From Basidiobolus meristosporus CBS 931.73 (lineage: Eukaryota > Fungi > Basidiobolomycota), in contig MCFE01000747.1 of the NCBI GenBank assembly GCA_002104905.1, positions 1 through 39,867 of the forward strand: a stretch of 39,867 nucleotides of DNA. The letters are read 5' to 3'. The position numbers were made by a program, and so were the translations under genes. The notes under the pieces are model-generated. The model made no database searches. It was given only the letters and a program-made list of their open reading frames with translations, and was not told the origin of the DNA. Below are positions 35,694-39,867 of the stretch, piece after piece. How positions within the stretch are numbered: the stretch's first letter is position 1; each line of letters begins with the position of its first letter.

Positions 35694-37268
35694 AGACTTG
35701 TTCTGTTGGATAGTGCCACATAGTGCCAGCCTGTTTATGGTGCCGGATTGATCTGGCACTCTACGGCACCATCTGGCACTCTAATTTCTACCATGATGCC
35801 AGTGGTATGATACAGTTACTGGTAATTTTACTCAATCTTACTTATGTTGCTCAGAATAGTGCTTTCCTTGCTTTATTTACTCTTCATAATGCTCCAGACA
35901 CATTTCTCTCAGTGGATGTCTTCTTGTATGAGCATACTGTGCATTAATAAGTATCTTAACTATTTTACCTATTCTGCTGTTTTCACCTATATTTGACTTT
36001 CCTCTGTATTTACCTGCCAATATGCTGAATCTCTTCAGATATCCAAATGTGTGCTCTACCCCCACTCTGAAATGATTAAATATCTCATTGTAGAGCTTCT
36101 GCTTACTGCTAAGCACACCATTCCTTGGCTTCCTATAAGCTGTAATACATCCTAATCTCTGATAATCCTCTCCTATATAGGCTAAGTCTGCCATACATTT
36201 CTCCCCTATGCTGAATTCAGGATGATTCTCTACCCAGAGTGCTTTGTCATGCCTACTTCCAGCAAATGGCCCACTAAACCAGATGATGTTACCCTCAATG
36301 TCAGACAGTGCTTGAAACTTCACACAGTGTGCCTTGTACTTGCCAGAATAAAAGTGCCTCTGCCCTCTAGAAGGTCTGTTAATCCTCACTGGGAAGGTAT
36401 CCAAAATACTCCTGATATGGAACCTGTTGCTGAACACTCTGGGATATGGAAGTCTATTGGAGCTTCTGAACCTAGTATTCCAAGCTTGCTCTAAGTAATT
36501 CATACCATCTGCAAGGTGGTTCTCCATTGCTGTCAGCTGGGAATGAAAGCTTCTAGGACTTTTGTTGCCATCAATGGTGGGATGAAACCTTCTGGGTAAT
36601 AGTTCTTGTAATAGCAGAGAAGCTTAACAAGGGATCTCCTTGAGTAGATTGGGGTTGATGGTCCACAGTACTTGGAATAGATCTCCTCTAGTGTGTCAAA
36701 AGGAAATCCAGTGGTAGCAATGGGATTGACGAGAAAAGACCATTCAGATAAGCAAGTCATATTAGAATTGGTGGATGATTGTATGGAGGCGGTTAGAATT
36801 GATTTGGCGCAATCTGCGTTATTTATCTGATTTTTAATACATTATGGTTAAATCTCCATCAATTGCCATGTATCCCATGATTATGTTGCAAAAATCATCC
36901 ACAAACAATGCCTTGGTACTTTTATTGATGCTTTAATCATAGGACTATAATCAAATAGGAAATCTGCAATTGATGTGATCTGATCCGTGTCAACGCAATC
37001 CAAGATGCATCATGCATAATATATGGAAAATTCAACAATCACATTAGTTTGCATATATATTTCATATAAGACCAGGTTGATGCCAATAGACTTCTTCCAT
37101 TGTGCCATTGATCAGAGTGCCAGAAAGTGCTGTATATTTTGTTATTAATTTGATATTTTAGGGTCATATGCATGTCAATTTTGATCCCAAATTGGCACTG
37201 TATGGCACTGTCTGGCATGCTATGGCACTATTGGGCACTTTGATCAGCTGGAATGATGGAACAAGTCT
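35694..37268 (-). mobile_element. Compact PIF/Harbinger (ISL2EU/IS5-like) DNA transposon, 1575 bp, TIR AGACTTGTTC, 3-bp TSD AAT
   Basis: AAT|AGACTTGTTC...GAACAAGTCT|AAT, subterminal TGGCAC/GTGCCA repeats at both ends, and one transposase gene. Confidence 0.9.
35877..36760 (-). pseudogene. DDE_Tnp_4-type transposase (~294 aa) with one frameshift near 36600
   Basis: N-terminal TTGFPFDTLEEIY..LVKLLCYYKNY shifts frame into DTFP..RP..QR.FYSGKYKAHCVK..G..HD..ADLAY..RVGVEHTFGYLKRFSIL (D-D-E triad). Confidence 0.88.
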
Positions 37269-37303
37269 AATATACTGCTGTATAAGTATCCAAATCCATT
37301 GCT

Positions 37304-38135
37304 ATGGTTCCCATACCAAGCCTCAACTCATCTTTAGTACAACCCAGACAAAACCCATCCCCCAGCTCACACGCATGGTCTGGACCAGAAAAGTCAATGT
37401 TGGATTTGTTTGAGTTCTTGCCAAATGATTTTAGTATGGCCCAAGTGTCAATGATGAGCCTTCATACAGATATTTGGGCACTACTGATTAATCTGGCAGA
37501 ACAAGATACCTCAGAGAGTCAACAAAGATGGAAGAATTTGAGTAGAAAATTGTGGCATGAGTTCTACATCAAGATGCCAGCCAATGTATGTAAGAAGATA
37601 TATAACAAGACAAGTATTGAAATCAAGAATGAGCTGAGAGTGAGGGAATTTGACAAAGAAGCCACATGGGAACAATTTTGCGCGCAATTTGCACAGGACG
37701 GGCTGGACGCATCCATTTGTGCCTCAACTTTGGGAACCAAAGAGATTTTGAATGAGTTTTTGCCTCAAATAACTAATGTACAACGTGATATATTAGTAGA
37801 GCTAAGTGGCTTCTGGGAGCAATATACACAGGACTCATCCAGCCAACAGCTCCAGAGTATCAGACAGAGGGTAAGTGAATACCTTGAGGAATCAGATGGT
37901 GAGCTTCAGGAGGAAGAATACAGAACACAAGCAACATTGTCCAGATTGCGCCAGCATGCCTTGTTGGATTCCCTACCATCTGTTGCAACCACAGCACGCC
38001 GGTGTGGTGGTGTATAGGTCCAAGGGAGAGATACGTCCAACACTTCTCAAGTGTTTTGTGTGTGGGGTGTCCACTGGGTGCAATAACCTCTGGCAAAAGC
38101 TTGCTAGGAATACTTGGGTTCTGTCTGTAATCTAA
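37304..38135 (+). pseudogene. Gag-like ORF (237 aa) with frameshifted, degenerate zinc-knuckle tail; retroelement class unclear
   Basis: TWEQFCAQF resembles the retrotransposon gag W..F...F motif. Downstream frames give KCFVCG then VHWVQ at 38052-38090, a broken CX2CX4HX4C. Confidence 0.5.
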
Positions 38136-38339
38136 TGTGAAGGGGAATAAAGCCACAAGCTTGTCAAGGGAAAACTATTGAGCTACAATTCCCAACTTAG
38201 TTGGTGTCTTAACAAAAGTATGTGCTGGGTTCAGCGTCCTTTGAGATGACAATGTACTAAAGCTTCCAAAGTCAAAACAACTGTAAACTCCACCAGCAGG
38301 GACTTGATAAGAATGCAGCTGTGGTCAATAGTTACAAAG

Positions 38340-39867
38340 ACAGAAAAGTATCTTTGCCTGTACAAGAACAAACTTGGGAAAGAATCAAATATAATAAATG
38401 ATACCTACTCTGAGTATTCCTCACAAGTAGTGCCTCCAAGGTCAGTTGGCTGTCAGCACGGTTTCCTGGGAGTGTCCTGTGGTCTAGGGTTGGAAGTTCA
38501 GGTAGCAGCAGGTAGCAGTGATCCCACTAATCAACAAGTTGGTATATTGATAAAAGGGATGATGATTTATTGTAGAGGGATAGCCTCCCTAATATACTTT
38601 TCTCACTGGCTAAGTGATTACTAATCATGGTGTTCCAGAAGGTTCTGGATATCAATAGAAATCTTAATGACATCAGAATGACCTAAGAATGTTCTAAGTA
38701 GGTGCCGGAAGGTTCTAAGAGGCACAGCACATCCAACCAATCAGGAATTAGTATTCTGAAACCTGTGTAACATGGGGATACCATATATGGCATGGAAATG
38801 GTAGGGGTGGTGACACGGGTTGATCATGAGTCACGGGTACTGGCACGGGTACTTGCCTAATATAGAAGCACTTGTAGCTAGTAATCTTACATAAAGTGAG
38901 GGGTAACTTATGCAATAAGGTAAGCAGGTGTGATAGTCAACCAGCTTATGGGATAGTACTGATTGGGTAAGGCAAATGGGATAAAACTAAAATAAGTGTA
39001 GTAGAGACATAGGGAAGTGGAAAATAAAGGAATGAGCACATCTGTCAGTGGGTGTCACTGTCACCCCACTACACTGGCGCACATCAGTCCAGACCACACC
39101 AACACCCTTTACCAGAACAACCCGCATTGAGTCTACGCACGCACTTCAGAGCAAAACTACAAGAACTTGCCAAACTGCTCATTTAGACACAAGTCCATTG
39201 GAGCAGTGTAGTGGGGTGACAGTGACTCCCACTGACAGGTGTGCTCTTTCCCTCATTTTCTACTTCCCTATATCTCTACTACATTTTTTTTAGTTTATCC
39301 CATTTGTCTTACCCAATCAGTACTATCCCATAAGCCGGTTAACTATCACACCTGCTTACCTTATTGCATAAGTTACCCCTCACTTTATGTAAGATTACTA
39401 GCTACAAGTGCTTCTATATTAGGCAAGTACCCGCGCCAGTACCCATGGCACATGATCAACCCGTATCACCATCCCTAGCATTCCCATACCATATATGGTA
39501 TCCCCATGTTACACAGGTTTCAGAATACTAATTCCTGATTGGTTGGATGTGCTGTGCCTCTTAGAACCTTTGGAACACCATGATTAGTAATCACCTAGCC
39601 AGTGAGAAAAGTATATTAGGGAGGCTATCCCTCTACAATAAATCATCATCCCTTTTATCAATATACCAACTTGTTGATTAGTGGGATCACTGCTACCTGC
39701 TGCTACCTGAACTTCCAACCCTAGACCACAGGACACTCCCAGGAAACCGTGCTGACAGCCAACTGACCTTGGAGGCACTACTTGTGAGGAATACTCAGAG
39801 TAGGTATCATTTATTATATTTGATTCTTTCCAAGTTTGTTCTTGTACAGGCAAAGATACTTTTCTGT
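38340..39867. repeat. Long inverted repeat: arms 38340-39076 and 39204-39867 (continues past the window end), 127-bp spacer
   Basis: The reverse complement of 39841-39867 equals the sequence from 38340. The ORF track shows nearly identical peptides on opposite strands. The right arm lacks 71 bp (38638-38708). Confidence 0.92.

Noticed and set aside
37100-37260. Short periodic TGGCAC repeats as a CRISPR-like array
   Set aside because: 6-bp cores at ~10-bp spacing inside transposon subtermini, no spacers or cas genes, eukaryotic context.
38304-38624. Twin ORFs on opposite strands (also 39584-39853) as duplicated genes
   Set aside because: A by-product of the inverted repeat; TTG or internal starts and no recognisable domain.

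Overview
Eukaryotic DNA, almost certainly fungal; an early-diverging lineage is likely (inference from gene families and 53-94 bp GT-AG introns). A CpG-rich gene island (~6.9-26.5 kb) sits between two CpG-depleted transposon blocks. The island has five spliced genes: three tandem, same-strand Pcl5/Clg1-like (Pho85-type) cyclins sharing one phase-1 intron position, an 8-exon arrestin-fold protein, and a White collar-2-type PAS+GATA factor. The flanks are a nested stack of one Ty1/Copia family (350-bp LTRs, half-tRNA-iMet PBS, 5-bp TSDs). On the left, a near-intact copy has its gag split by an antisense solo LTR of its own family. On the right, one decayed copy is nested in another, followed by a near-palindromic 734-bp MITE, a compact 1.6-kb PIF/Harbinger-like transposon, a decayed gag-like ORF and a >660-bp inverted repeat running off the window. 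No rRNA, tRNA or CRISPR array was seen. All coordinates, splice models and identities were worked out by hand; no database search was run.
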